The notes below the pieces were generated by a model, which did not search any database, was not told where the DNA came from, and saw only the letters and a list, made by a program, of their open reading frames with translations. 33,943 nt of DNA from contig NW_008246093.1 in NCBI RefSeq assembly GCF_000281045.1, forward strand, positions 219,176-253,118, in the 5' to 3' direction. Below are positions 22,320 through 33,379 of this stretch, piece by piece. Origin of the DNA: Saprolegnia diclina VS20. Lineage: Eukaryota. The position numbers and the translations under genes are program-made. Each line of letters opens with the position of its first letter. The first letter of the stretch is position 1.

Positions 22320-22995
22320 CACATAGAGCTAGTACATTGGCACACTTTTATCTATGGCCTGCGTCATTCTCTGTCCCGTGGTGTTATACTTTGAGACGCC
22401 GAAAGGAACCTTGTCGGTATCTCAAATGCACCACAACATAGGTGTCCGGACCCTCTTCATCGCCCACAAATGAACGCTTATTGGAGTCGACTAAATTTGG
22501 TACTTGTACAACATCGTAAGGGCTCAAGGCACCACATTGGATCCGCGCGCCGCCACGACACCTTACCCTTGTCCTACCCTACCCCTAACCTAACCAGCGG
22601 CGCAGTCGTGGTTCAGTGTGGCGTCGATATCGACGTCTTTCGCGCTCTCTAGTGAATATCATCAACAAAGACGTGGCATGCATAGCGACAAGCGGCCTCG
22701 TTCGCGACCAGCCGGTATTGTGGCGAGACCTATCGTGAAAGGATGTCCCGACACCGTGGGTTGGCGCCGTCATGTGAGATGCGACGACTTGGTCGATCGA
22801 TTTGTCGGCGCTTCGAGGAATGACATTGGGCATTGCTCTATCATACCATGCTATCGAGAGCGTGTTGGTCTCTGCTGGTCAGGTCGAAAGAGTAAGTTGT
22901 TTCTGTCTCATAAATACACTATACACTAGGACTACTATGCAGACGACGACGACTGCCAATGGTCGCCGTCATATCCAAAAGAGAGCGACAAGCCG

Positions 22996-24480
22996 CTAAT
23001 GCACGCGTGCGAGCTTGCTCGTGAGCCGACTGAGAACATCGCGAAAGCCGACGTGGGCGTCACTGGTAGTGAGATCCGCTTCGGACCGCATCGTGGCCGA
23101 GACAACGTCGTCGTCGTCGTCCCACGCGCCGACGTCCAGAGGCATGACGCACGACGACGAGATGGGCGAGACGCCGCCGGCACCCTCTTCGGGGATGTTG
23201 CGGTAGAGACTCAAATACGACAAGTCCATTTCGGTGCTGCGCCCGACAACCGTGAGCCGCGGCGACCCGACGCCCGACGACACCGACGATGACGACGACG
23301 ACGAGATGGTCCGCGTCGACGACGTGCCGCGCATGGACGAGATAAGTCCTTGGCGCGCGCCGGCCGAGCACAGCTGGCAGACGCGGACACTGGATGCTCC
23401 CCGGCGGCTCCATTTCCGGCTGCAATGAGGGCACACGGGCTACATGGAGATGGTATATGAGAGTTCGTTTATATGGGGCAATAGCGCCGAAAGGTCCGTA
23501 CCAAGTGGCAGCCATGGCAGGCGTGGAGGCGCTGAAACCGGGTGCTGCTGTGGGCGCACACGGCGCAGCGCGACATGTCGGTGGGCGACGCCTCGCCCGA
23601 GGTCGCGCCACTGTTGTGGTATCGCCGGCGCTGGACGTAGTCTTGGATGCTCAGAATCTTGCGCGCGGCGCGGTGGCGAATGTGGATCTTGCGCAAGAGG
23701 ACGGGGATGTGGCCCTTGAAATTGGTCGCAACGTGGTAAATGACGTCGAGGACACCGGGCTCGTCCGTCTCGAGAAACACCGCGCCCGTGTAGTTGAGTG
23801 TGCCCCGGACAAGGTTCATTTCCGTCTCCTTCAGCGACGGACAGCACGCCAAGTCGACCGAGTACTGGCAAAACGCCCAGCCGCGTCGCCCGTCCCGTTC
23901 AAATGTGTCTTGCGTCTACATTTCGGATGCGTTGCTTGTCGTTTGAAACATGGACAATAGTGTACCTCGAGAAAGACGAAATCGCGGTCGCGAACAACAG
24001 GCACGGGCGTCGCGCACGCGACCCACTTGAGGTAGATGCGGTGCAAGCCGTCGTCGCTCGACGCGAGGGTGTAGAGCGGGATCATGTCCATAATGTCGCC
24101 GGCGTATTCGTATATGTAGTCGAGGCACTTGTCCCGTGTATCAAAATTGTGCAGGCCCGCAACCTCGCCTAACGTCGCCTGAACGCGGCCGATCGCACGG
24201 TACGGCAGAGTGTCTATGCATCAGTTGAGTGATCATCGCATGCAGCAGTAGACAACGTACGGCGGTCGAGCTTGAGGCCGGGCATCTCGCCTTCGTACAC
24301 GTGCACGTTGTCGACTTCGCCGAGCGGGCTCCAGCGCACCGATGCATCATTCGAGAGCACTGCGTCGAGGAATTTGTCGAGCGTGTCGTGGCCGAGCTTG
24401 ACGTACGTGGCCGACTCGGTCGCGCTGAGCGGCGGACAAGGAAAGATGGCGGCGGGCACCGGGTACCGTTTGTGGTTCAT
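22996..24480 (-). CDS. START-like domain + FYVE-type zinc finger protein, paralog C (4 exons)
   Basis: MNHKRYPVPAAIFPCPPLS; LPYRAIGRV; YLKWVAC..RDRDFVFLE; intron; QDTFERDGRRGWAFCQYS; CAVC..CHGC, intron, CPHC..VRVCQLC; tail MDLSYLSLY. Confidence 0.85.
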
Positions 24481-25499
24481 GGGGCAATTTCGAAAATAAG
24501 AAAAGTGCAGTGCCACCGAAAAAAAAGGCGCGCGTCGTGTCCCAAGCTGCGGTGGTGTGCGGGTCTCGCGGATGATGCAACACGCGCGTTCTTGAAGTTG
24601 CGCCGTGCCCCCGCTCTTGGTTATCGGACGGTATCACATGTCGTTTACCGGTATTCCTACCCGACATACAATTACCCAATGCATTCGCAGTGTCGGGAAG
24701 GAAAACATGAGTACGGTCATGACGTGGCGCGCATTTTTGCGGCCGCCCGCCCGTATCTCTGCACCGCGCCGTCCCTGTCTGCCACCACATGAGGTCAACC
24801 GTCGACTCGACTTGCGTAGCACGTCACGTCCAAGAGTGGAGGCGGCGATAGCAACGAGGTTTGGTCGCGCCAAGAGGCGACCACCGTCATCGGCGTGACT
24901 GCAGGTGTCATTGCAGCGTGATCTTGGACCGACAGCCCATCGGTGGTGGGACATAAAGATGGCGATGCGGTGTACGATGCTGCATACTGCATTCGACGCT
25001 TTGCATCATCCGCTCGCAGAGCGAACGCCCGCCACTTCCTCTAGCGCCACCTTGTCCACGTTGGCAGCTTTTGGATAGTCTTACATGGCAGCACCCATGG
25101 CCGCCTGCCGTTTGTACCCAGGTTTAGCATCGCCATGCCCCGGCAGACTCGTCGCACGTCTTCGGGTGATGATGCACACGGTTCAATACGACGTGCGTTG
25201 GAGGAGAACTCCTATGGTGGTTGATCAGTCCTGGATTCCCGCCTTAGTGAGTTTGCATGCACTCCTCGTCCAAAGGCTCGACTCGACCGTTGACAGGCGG
25301 CGCGTCACGCGACATCTTCCCAACCCCGTCCATGCCAGCGCTCGTAATATGAAGCAAGTTCTTATCTGAGATTGCACTTGGTGAGGCAGTGGAGTAGTAC
25401 TAGCGAGTAGTGTGGGAGGTGGCGTTGGTGGTGCCAAGACAGAGAACGACGACATTGAGGCGAGAGACGATGACGGAGACAGGCGACGATACGAACCGC

Positions 25500-27226
25500 T
25501 CACCGCACGAGGGACGACCGGCGGTCTGCGAACGAATCTCGCTGCGCCGCGACATGCACGTGGCCGATCTGGTTCAGAAATGCCTCCAGATTTGAATCTT
25601 GGATCGGGTCGTGCACCGAGTCGAGCGTCGAACACGTCACGTCGTTGTCGTCGTACTCGTACTCGCCCGCGTATACGACCGAGTCCATCGCGGCCGCCAA
25701 GCTCGGACGCCGCTCGGTCGTCGGCTTTTTATTGTAGATGCTCAAGTACGACAAGTCGACGCCGAGGTTCACGTCGCCGCCCCGGCTCGACAATGGCTCA
25801 TGGCTCGGCTCGCAGCGCTTTGGGATCGGCTCGCAGCTCGGCTCGGGCTCTTGGCTGCTGCGGCTCGACGACGCGACGTCCTGTGCGCTCCCACGGCTCG
25901 AGAGCGTCGGGCCATTCGCCCGCTGGGACGAGAAGGCGGAGGACCGCTGGCTTGTCACCGCATCGAGGAAGAGCGTCTCGCGCGACGAGCTGTTGGTGGC
26001 GGTCTCGTCCGCGTCGTGAATCTCCCACTTTTCGCGGCTCTGGGCGTCGTTCGCGCACGCCGCGCAGACGCGGACGCGGGGTTTGCCCTTGACGTTGACG
26101 TTCCACGAGGTGCTGCAGCGCGGACAGCACAGCTACCGACATCTCATGAATGGCGAGCTCGATAGATTGATACAAATGGACGTACGTCGCCACAGGATTC
26201 GCATGGCTTGTAGCGCTTGAGCGCGGACGACGGCGCGTGGCAGAGCGCACAGCGCTTGTGTGCACCGGGAGCTGGTGTCGTTGTCGACGCCGACCCCGAG
26301 CACCCCGACGTCGAGAGGAACGACTGCCCTTTCGAGATGCGCGAGCTCATGCGGAGCTTGTGCACGTAATCTTCGACGAGGGTGATTTGGCGCACGTTGT
26401 TCTTCATGCCGAGCTTGCGCACCCACTGCGGGATCGAGCCTTTCGAGTCGACGGCCATCTGCGCAATGACGTCGAGCTTCCCGGGCGTGCCCGCGGCCTC
26501 CATAAAAATTGCACCGTAATGGTGCAGGACGCCGCGCACGAGCTTGAGCGACGTGCGTTCGAGGTTTGGCACGTTCATGAGCTCGATCGAGACGCGGCAA
26601 AAGGCCCAGCCCCGGCGCCCGGACGGTAGATCGACCAGGTCTTGCATCTACAACCCCATTTACATTTAGCCTCGAACCACGATAAATAAAAATGATTACC
26701 TCGACGAAGAGGTAGTCGCGGTCGCGAATGACGACGACGGCGCTCAAGTGGGCACTCCACTTGATGTAGCACTGCTTGTACGGGTTGGCGTCCGAGCGCT
26801 CGATGAGGCTGTAGAGCGGAATGACGTCGAGGATGTCGCCGCGGTACTGGTCGACGTACTCGGCGCAGTGCTGGCGCGAGTCGGACGCATGCAGCATCGC
26901 GACTTCGTCGATCGTGCCTTGGATCTTGGCCGTCATGCGGTACGGCAGTAGATCTATTGAGCGTCAGAAATGCGCCAGCATGCAAAAGAAAGCGACGTAC
27001 TCTTGTCGACCTTGAAGCCAGGCACGTCGGCCTCGACGATCTTGACCCCTTGAAACTCGCCAAATGGCCGCCACACGAGCGTCGGGTTCTCGGGCCCGAG
27101 CACGTTGTTGACAAAGCTCTTGAGCGCCGTCGTGCCGACCTCGAGGTAGTGCGCCTTCTCCATATCCGAGAGCTCGGGAATTTGGAAAAAGTTGTCGGGC
27201 AGCGGATACGTCTTGCGCGTCTCCAT
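25500..27226 (-). CDS. START-like domain + FYVE-type zinc finger protein, paralog D (4 exons)
   Basis: METRKTYPLPDNFFQIPELS; YIKWSA..RDRDYLFVE; intron; MQDLVDLPSGRRGWAFCRVS; CALC..CESC, intron, CPRC..VRVCAAC; long Ser-rich tail with VDLSYLSIY. The 3' end is slightly uncertain (possible gtgagc donor at the stop). Confidence 0.83.
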
Positions 27227-27802
27227 GTTGGGGCTGCTGCTGTCGCCGACGGCGCCGATCGGAGTCATATAGGCGAATGGCCAAACGTGGTTTTGCACCG
27301 GCCTCGACCGATATGGGCAGCGCGCCCCATGTGCAACCTGGCGCGATATCACCGGCTTTCTCACTTGTGTCTCTATGGGGCAATTCATTTCATTAGGCAA
27401 TGCGATTTGTTAAAAATACAGTTTTTATTTCTTTCAAGCCAATCGGTGAGCGCACACATGCTGGCGCCTTCTAAAACCCAAGAGAGAGTGGTTGTACCCA
27501 GTCCGACCTTGGGACAAACGCGACACAAACGGCAAATGCATATCTTTGAGACGCCTTTGGTACAACCATGTCGCCCAGTTGCCACAGTGGGTGCTCGTAA
27601 CGCCGCCGCCTGGCTGACGGTTCAGTCGCCAACGGCAAGTTCCGCGACGCAAGAAGGGGATCCGACCCCATCGCGTACCTGATACGCTGCAACGCATCAG
27701 TTTCTATGTCCCAAACCCACCCGCGCAGCTCGTGCGCTCGATTTATGCACCCCAGAACACTCGACGCCATTGACACGTTGGCTTCTTCCACCGCCGCGCG
27801 CT

Positions 27803-27848
27803 CGCACTGCAGCCATCGGGAGGGCGCACTGCAGCCATCGGGAGGGCG
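27803..27848. repeat. Perfect 22-bp tandem duplication
   Basis: cgcactgcagccatcgggaggg occurs at 27803-27824 and 27825-27846, followed by cg. Confidence 0.9.
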
Positions 27849-28416
27849 TCGCAGGCATACTCGCTAGCTCCGCTTTGGGCCAAGGCTGCACGCAACGCGT
27901 CAGCAAAGACACTATTCTCCGACACCTTGCTTGGTCGGCGCAGAGTGCGTCTCCGACCTCATGACCGGCGAGACGTCGTCGTTGTCCGAAGCGGTGTGCA
28001 TCTGAGTGTCGAGCACGGGTTCCTTCCAGCAGACCTGCGGCGACGACAGAATACATGTATTAGGTGCGCGTCTGAACGCTCTGGTGTGGACGTGCATTCG
28101 CGGGGGCACCCTTCAACAAAAAGAATGCCATCCAATGGATCGATTCTTTGCCTATCCTGGATCGATCACGTGTTCGTACGTGGCTTGATGACGAGGGATG
28201 TGCACATTCGGAGATTCCTTTTTTGTCGCTGCGCCATCGCTGCGGCTGGTTCAATGCGTCGACCGAGCAAGATGTCGTGGTTGCAGCGACGCGCTCCGCG
28301 TCCAGTACTTGAAGCTGCATCCATTCGTATTGGCCATCGCAAAATCGACACCTACTTACCACTGAGTAGTCGACGTACCGGATACGAGAGAAAATGTAGG
28401 GCAAGTTTACACTATC

Positions 28417-28467
28417 GATTATAGCAGTCGCTATAATCATGTGGCACCTGCAAGCGCAGGTGCCACA
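28417..28467. other. Two adjacent perfect hairpins downstream of paralog E
   Basis: gattatagc-agtc-gctataatc (9-bp stem, 28417-28438) and tgtggcacctgc-aagc-gcaggtgccaca (12-bp stem, 28440-28467). Confidence 0.7.
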
Positions 28468-28528
28468 ACTGCCGTACTGAAGATGCTTTCTAGACTAGTA
28501 CTAGTATTACTGATAAGATTAGAGATAG

Positions 28529-30018
28529 CTACCGGGTGAGTGTGAGCCGGTCGAGAAACCGTGCCATCTCGGTGCCATCGGTCGTGCTAAGAATCGTCGA
28601 CTTGGTCACATCGTCGTCGTCGTAACCGGTGCTATCGGTCGCAACGCTCGCCTCGAGGTCGGCGTGGTCGCCGTACATGTCGAGGTACGAGAGGTCCATG
28701 GCGGTCGCCGTTGTCGACTCCCGCGGCGACACAAGCGGCTTGCTCATGGTGAGGAGCCCGTCGTCAATCGAAAGAAACCGTTCGCGGCCCGGCGTGACGC
28801 TTTCGTAAAACATTTGAAGTGTATCGACGCGGTCCTCGACGCGGGAGCTGCCGCTGCGACTGCCGCTCAGCGTGGCCGACAAGTGGACGCTCGAGTTGGT
28901 CTCCCAGAGCGCCGCGTCTTGGGCCGACGACGCGCACTGGGTGCAGACACGAACGTGGACGTCGACACCATCCTTCTGCACCTTCCAGTTCGTACTGCAC
29001 TTGGAACACACTGGCTACCGTTCGCAAGACAGGCGTGAGGTTCGAGAATCAAAAAAGCGGCTCGTACCTCGGTGCAGCTCTTGCAGTTGGTGCCGACGCG
29101 GAACCGGACGCACGCGCCGCAGTGGACGCACTTGGTGGCGCGGCGTCCAGCGCCGAGCGAGTAGGCCTTGACAGGGCGCGCCGTGACGCGCATGTTGTGG
29201 AGATGTTCCTGCAAATGCGCGATCTGCTGGGCGCGGCGCTTGATGCCCATGCGACGCACCCAGTGGGGAATCGAGCCCCTTAGGTCGGTTGCAATGTGGT
29301 AGATGACGTCGAGGATGCCCGGCGTCTCGGTCTCGAGGAAGACCATGCCTGTGTGGTACAGTGTACCGCGCATGAGGCCGAGTGCGGTCTCGCGCAAGCA
29401 CGGCGCAGCGGGCACGTCGACCGAGAGCTGGCAAAAGCCCCAGCCACGCCGGCCGCTCGCAAACACAAATTCATCTTGAGACTATGCAACGGCAAAGTGA
29501 GAAAGGCGAGAATCTAGAAAGTGCAAACTCACCTCGAGGTAGACGAAATCGCGGTCCTTGATCATGGGCATCGGGCTGCGCGCGGCGCTCCATTTGATGT
29601 ACATCCGGCGATGCGGCCGCGTCAGCGACGGCTGCAAAAGCGAGTAGAGCTGAACCATGTCAACAACGTCAGGCGACACGTGCTTGATGTACTGAAGGCA
29701 CTGGTCGCGCGAACCAAAGTCGTGAAGCGCTGCGACCTCTTCGATCGTGCCCGAGACCTTGCCGAGCGCCCGGTACGGGATCGTGTTTTTGTTCAGCGTG
29801 AGCCCTTTGCTCGCAATCGAGCCCTCGAATAGCTTGACGCCGTCCGACTCGCTGTCATAGTTCCAGCTCAAGTCGGGCTCAGGGTAGAGCGTTTTGTCGA
29901 GGAAGCCACGCAGCGCCTTCTTGCCGAGACGCACAAACGTCTCGAGGTGCGCTGGCGAGAGCTCGTGGCAGTGAAAGTAGTTGTTGGGCAGCGGGTAGTG
30001 CTGTGCCCGCTTGGACAT
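28529..30018 (-). CDS. START-like domain + FYVE-type zinc finger protein, paralog E (3 exons)
   Basis: MSKRAQHYPLPNNYFHCHELS; IPYRALGKV; YIKWSA..KDRDFVYLE; intron; SQDEFVFASGRRGWGFCQLS; CVHC..CKSC, intron, CSKC..VRVCTQC; tail MDLSYLDMY. Confidence 0.86.
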
Positions 30019-31831
30019 GTTGCCTCTCTTGTGCGCGGTAAATGTGACTGTGTCCTGTTTACGGAAGAGAGGAGCAGCATGGACCAAGGCCAATGGCTAC
30101 CAACACCAGCTGTAACTCGCAAGAACAGCTGTGGAAACCTCCCATTACGGGGCGTGGCGCGGCAGCACACAAATTTGCATGCTTCGAGCCCGACAAATTC
30201 AACGGTCCCAGCTATCGACCACCGCCATCACGACAATCAAGTGGACTGTCTCCTGCCACTCTCAAGTGTCGCCACTCAGGTCCACCGAGGACCGAGAACC
30301 GCACCTTCATACAGCCGCTTGCCAATCCACGAGCGCTGCGCGATCAAGGGCGAACAATGGAATGGCGTATTACTCCTCCATCAGCGATAGCCAGCACCAC
30401 CTCAGCACCACTGCTTGTGCGATGGTGCCTATCTTCAGAAACAGCATCGCAGTACTACTACACACCCTCTGATAGACACCTGGCACTGCTTGAAGTCCGT
30501 GCGCCGCCGTACATCCTCTGTCTGGTCATGATGGGCTGTTGGAGTACCGTGGCGTGGTTGGAGCTGCAACTGGTACCGTACGTGTTGGAAGCCAACCTCG
30601 GTACTTTGAGAGCTGTCGAGAATCACGACGCACTACGCCCGTCACTTGGGTCATGCACTGCGACGTTGGCAAGCTCGAGTGTCCTGTTCACGAGGCCAAT
30701 GGACAGCACGACGCCAACTTTGCGAACTGTGTTTTCCCAACGTATTGGGTGACTACGATCTACTAGCTTTCATTCGCCGGAATCTAGTCGCCATGGCCAG
30801 TGCGACGGAAAGACGACGACTTGTCTCGCGCAATGAAAGGAGCCCATTGCACCTCAGAGCGTTGCACCTTGACCCGACGCATTTTTATAGCACGACGTTC
30901 TCACAAAGAGTAGACCCGAGACAAGCCGGGTGGTAAATTGGACGTCGAAAGATACGAGAGATGATGTCATAGGAGCGTTAGTTTGCATGCGTTTACATGA
31001 CAACACTAGTATTTCAAACAAAAGTCGACCAGAGTCGACAACATGTCTATCGCGTGGTTGTTCTGCCGCCGCCCAAACCCATCGCACCAGACTCAGACGT
31101 TGATGGCTGATTCAACGACGAAGCGTGGCCGGGCGTTCAACTCGATGGATATGCAGGATATCACCGCCTCGAAGGGGCGGTAGGGATGCGCCACAAGAGT
31201 TGCTGGCAGCTTTTGGTATATGGTTGCTGCTGACTGCTAACGTCACGACATCGCATGGCCGTGGGCGATGACAAGAGAGGCCAAACGTTTGGCTGTAGCG
31301 TCAACAGCTCGCGCTCAGAACACACATTTCTTTGCGGGGTTCGTCGCAGCACTGCCACCCGCGCCGACAACGGACCAACGGGGATGAACTACAAGGAACG
31401 AACGACATTGGATGACGGGGCAAGTTGGTACAAGTCGCAACGACCACTCGCCACAAAGGTGCACCCCACACATCCACACCACAGAGGCTCACGGATGGCA
31501 CAAGTTCAATTTGATCCGCTCATACCTTCAAGAATCCCATGCCCTCCTAGCATCACGCGTCTCGTCGCAGATAGGACGGCGCCGCTGCCATCCAGCCTCT
31601 GCATGCAACCTTGACACCACGCGTCCATGGCCATCGCTAGCCCATCAAGAGCTGCATGGCAGCCATCTTGAGCGCGCTATTGATACCACCCAATGCCACA
31701 GCGGCCTGGCGCTGCGGTGCCAACTGCTGCAGGATGGCCTTTATAGATCCACCAATCCCGTTGCGTCATTTTCTGCGACATGACGTTTGGCTGGTCGCTC
31801 CAGTGCTTTGGCACTTGACCTTGTATACGCG

Positions 31832-33379
31832 ATGGCCTCGATCGAGCTCTCGGCGGCGGCGTCGCCAAAGGACCACCCGTTCCGGCCGATGACGCCGACG
31901 CCGCCGACCACTGCGGCAGCGCCATGGTACCAGCAGCCCTCGGCGCGCATCGTTGCCGGCGTCGTCTTCGGCTTTGGCCTCGGCATCGTCCTCGGCCGCA
32001 ACGACGCATCGCCGGCACTTGTCTCGTGGGTCGCGCTGCCCGGCACGCTCTTCCTTCGCGCGCTCACGTGCATTGTGGTCCCGTTGGTCTTTGTCAACAT
32101 CTTCCTCTCGGTCGTCGAGATGCGCGGTGTCTCGTCCGCCGGTCTCCACGCGATCGGGCTCTTTGTTGGGACCACGGTCGTCGCGGTCGGGTTCGGGACG
32201 CTTGCCGTGCTCTTGCTGCAGTCGCACTTTGCTGTCGCGTCGTCGTCAGCGGAGATGGCGGCGAAGACTTCGACCGACGTGCAGCTGGGCTGCGGCGACA
32301 CCCGCCACCTCGTCGTGGCGCTCAACGGCGCAGTTGTGTGCGCAGCGACAGCGAATAGCTCGTCGCTCTTGCACCTCGTCAACGCCACGGCGCCGGCCGC
32401 GGTCTCTCTTACGCAGACGATCCAAGACCAGATCTTCAAGGCCATGGTGCCCGACAACATTGTGCTCCAATTCGTGAGCGGCAACTACCTCGGCATCTTG
32501 GCGTTTGCGATCTTTCTCGCGCTGGCCATGCAGCGGTCGGAGCGCGACTGCCCGACGCTCGTCGCGCTCTGCGAAGACATCAACGCGGTCTTGCTTGCCG
32601 GCATCGAAGCGGTGATCACGTGCACGCCGTATGCGGTCGCGTCGCTCATCGCCGGCGGCCTCGGGATGACCAACGATTTCTCCGCCGTCTTTGGCAACGT
32701 CGGTCTCTTCCTCGTGGCCTTTCTGCTCGCGGTATGCCGTCTCTATCGCTATCATGGATACTGAGGCCAACATGCATAGGCGCTCGCTCAAGTCGGCGCG
32801 CTCAGTCTTCTCTTGTACGTGGTCGTGTGTCGTCGCTTGAAGCGACCGCTACTGCCGATGCTCAAGGCGTTTGTACCAGCGCAGATGTTTGCGTTTGGCT
32901 GCGCGTCGTCGGCGGCGACGATTCCCATCACACTGCAGACCGCCACGGCGACCGGTGCATCGCCGTCGATCGCCGGTTTCGTTGTAACCTTGGGCGCGAC
33001 GCTGCACATGAACGGCACGGCGCTGTACTTTCCGTGTGCTGTCGTCTACGTTGTCGTCTCGTCAGGTGGGCACCTCTCGCCCGTGACGTACTTGGTCCTC
33101 TGTATTCTGAGCCTCGTGTCGGCGGCGGCGACGGCGCCCGTCCCGAGCGGCGCCCTTGTCATGGTACTCCCGATGGTCGTCACGGTCGGCGGCGACAGCG
33201 CGGCTGCGTCGTTTTCGTACCTCTTGGCGATGGACTTTTGCGTTGACCGCATTCGCACCATGGTCAACGTCTACGGCGACTTGGTCGTCGCTCACTGCGT
33301 CGCCGCGCTCAACCCGACGCATGCGAGCAGCGTAAACTTTCCAGAGAGCACCGATGGGTCGGCCTCGGACCACGTCTAA
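31832..33379 (+). CDS. Dicarboxylate/amino acid:cation symporter (DAACS/SDF, SLC1/GltP-like); 2 exons
   Basis: Intron 32732-32779. Motifs LPGTLFLRALTCIVVPLVF, MVPDNI, YAVASLIA, HP1 ASSAATIP, TM7 GATLHMNGTALY, HP2 APVPSGAL, TM8 DFCVDRIRTMVNVYGD. Confidence 0.92.

Noticed and set aside
25225..25499. Possible extra 3' coding exon of paralog D (Ser/Pro-rich frame; gtgagc at the stop)
   Set aside because: No clear acceptor or frame continuity, and the paralog-shared C-terminal elements are already complete before 25500.
30093..31780. 219-aa and shorter ORFs between paralog E and the DAACS gene
   Set aside because: No recognisable family or codon bias; treated as intergenic or possibly eroded sequence.
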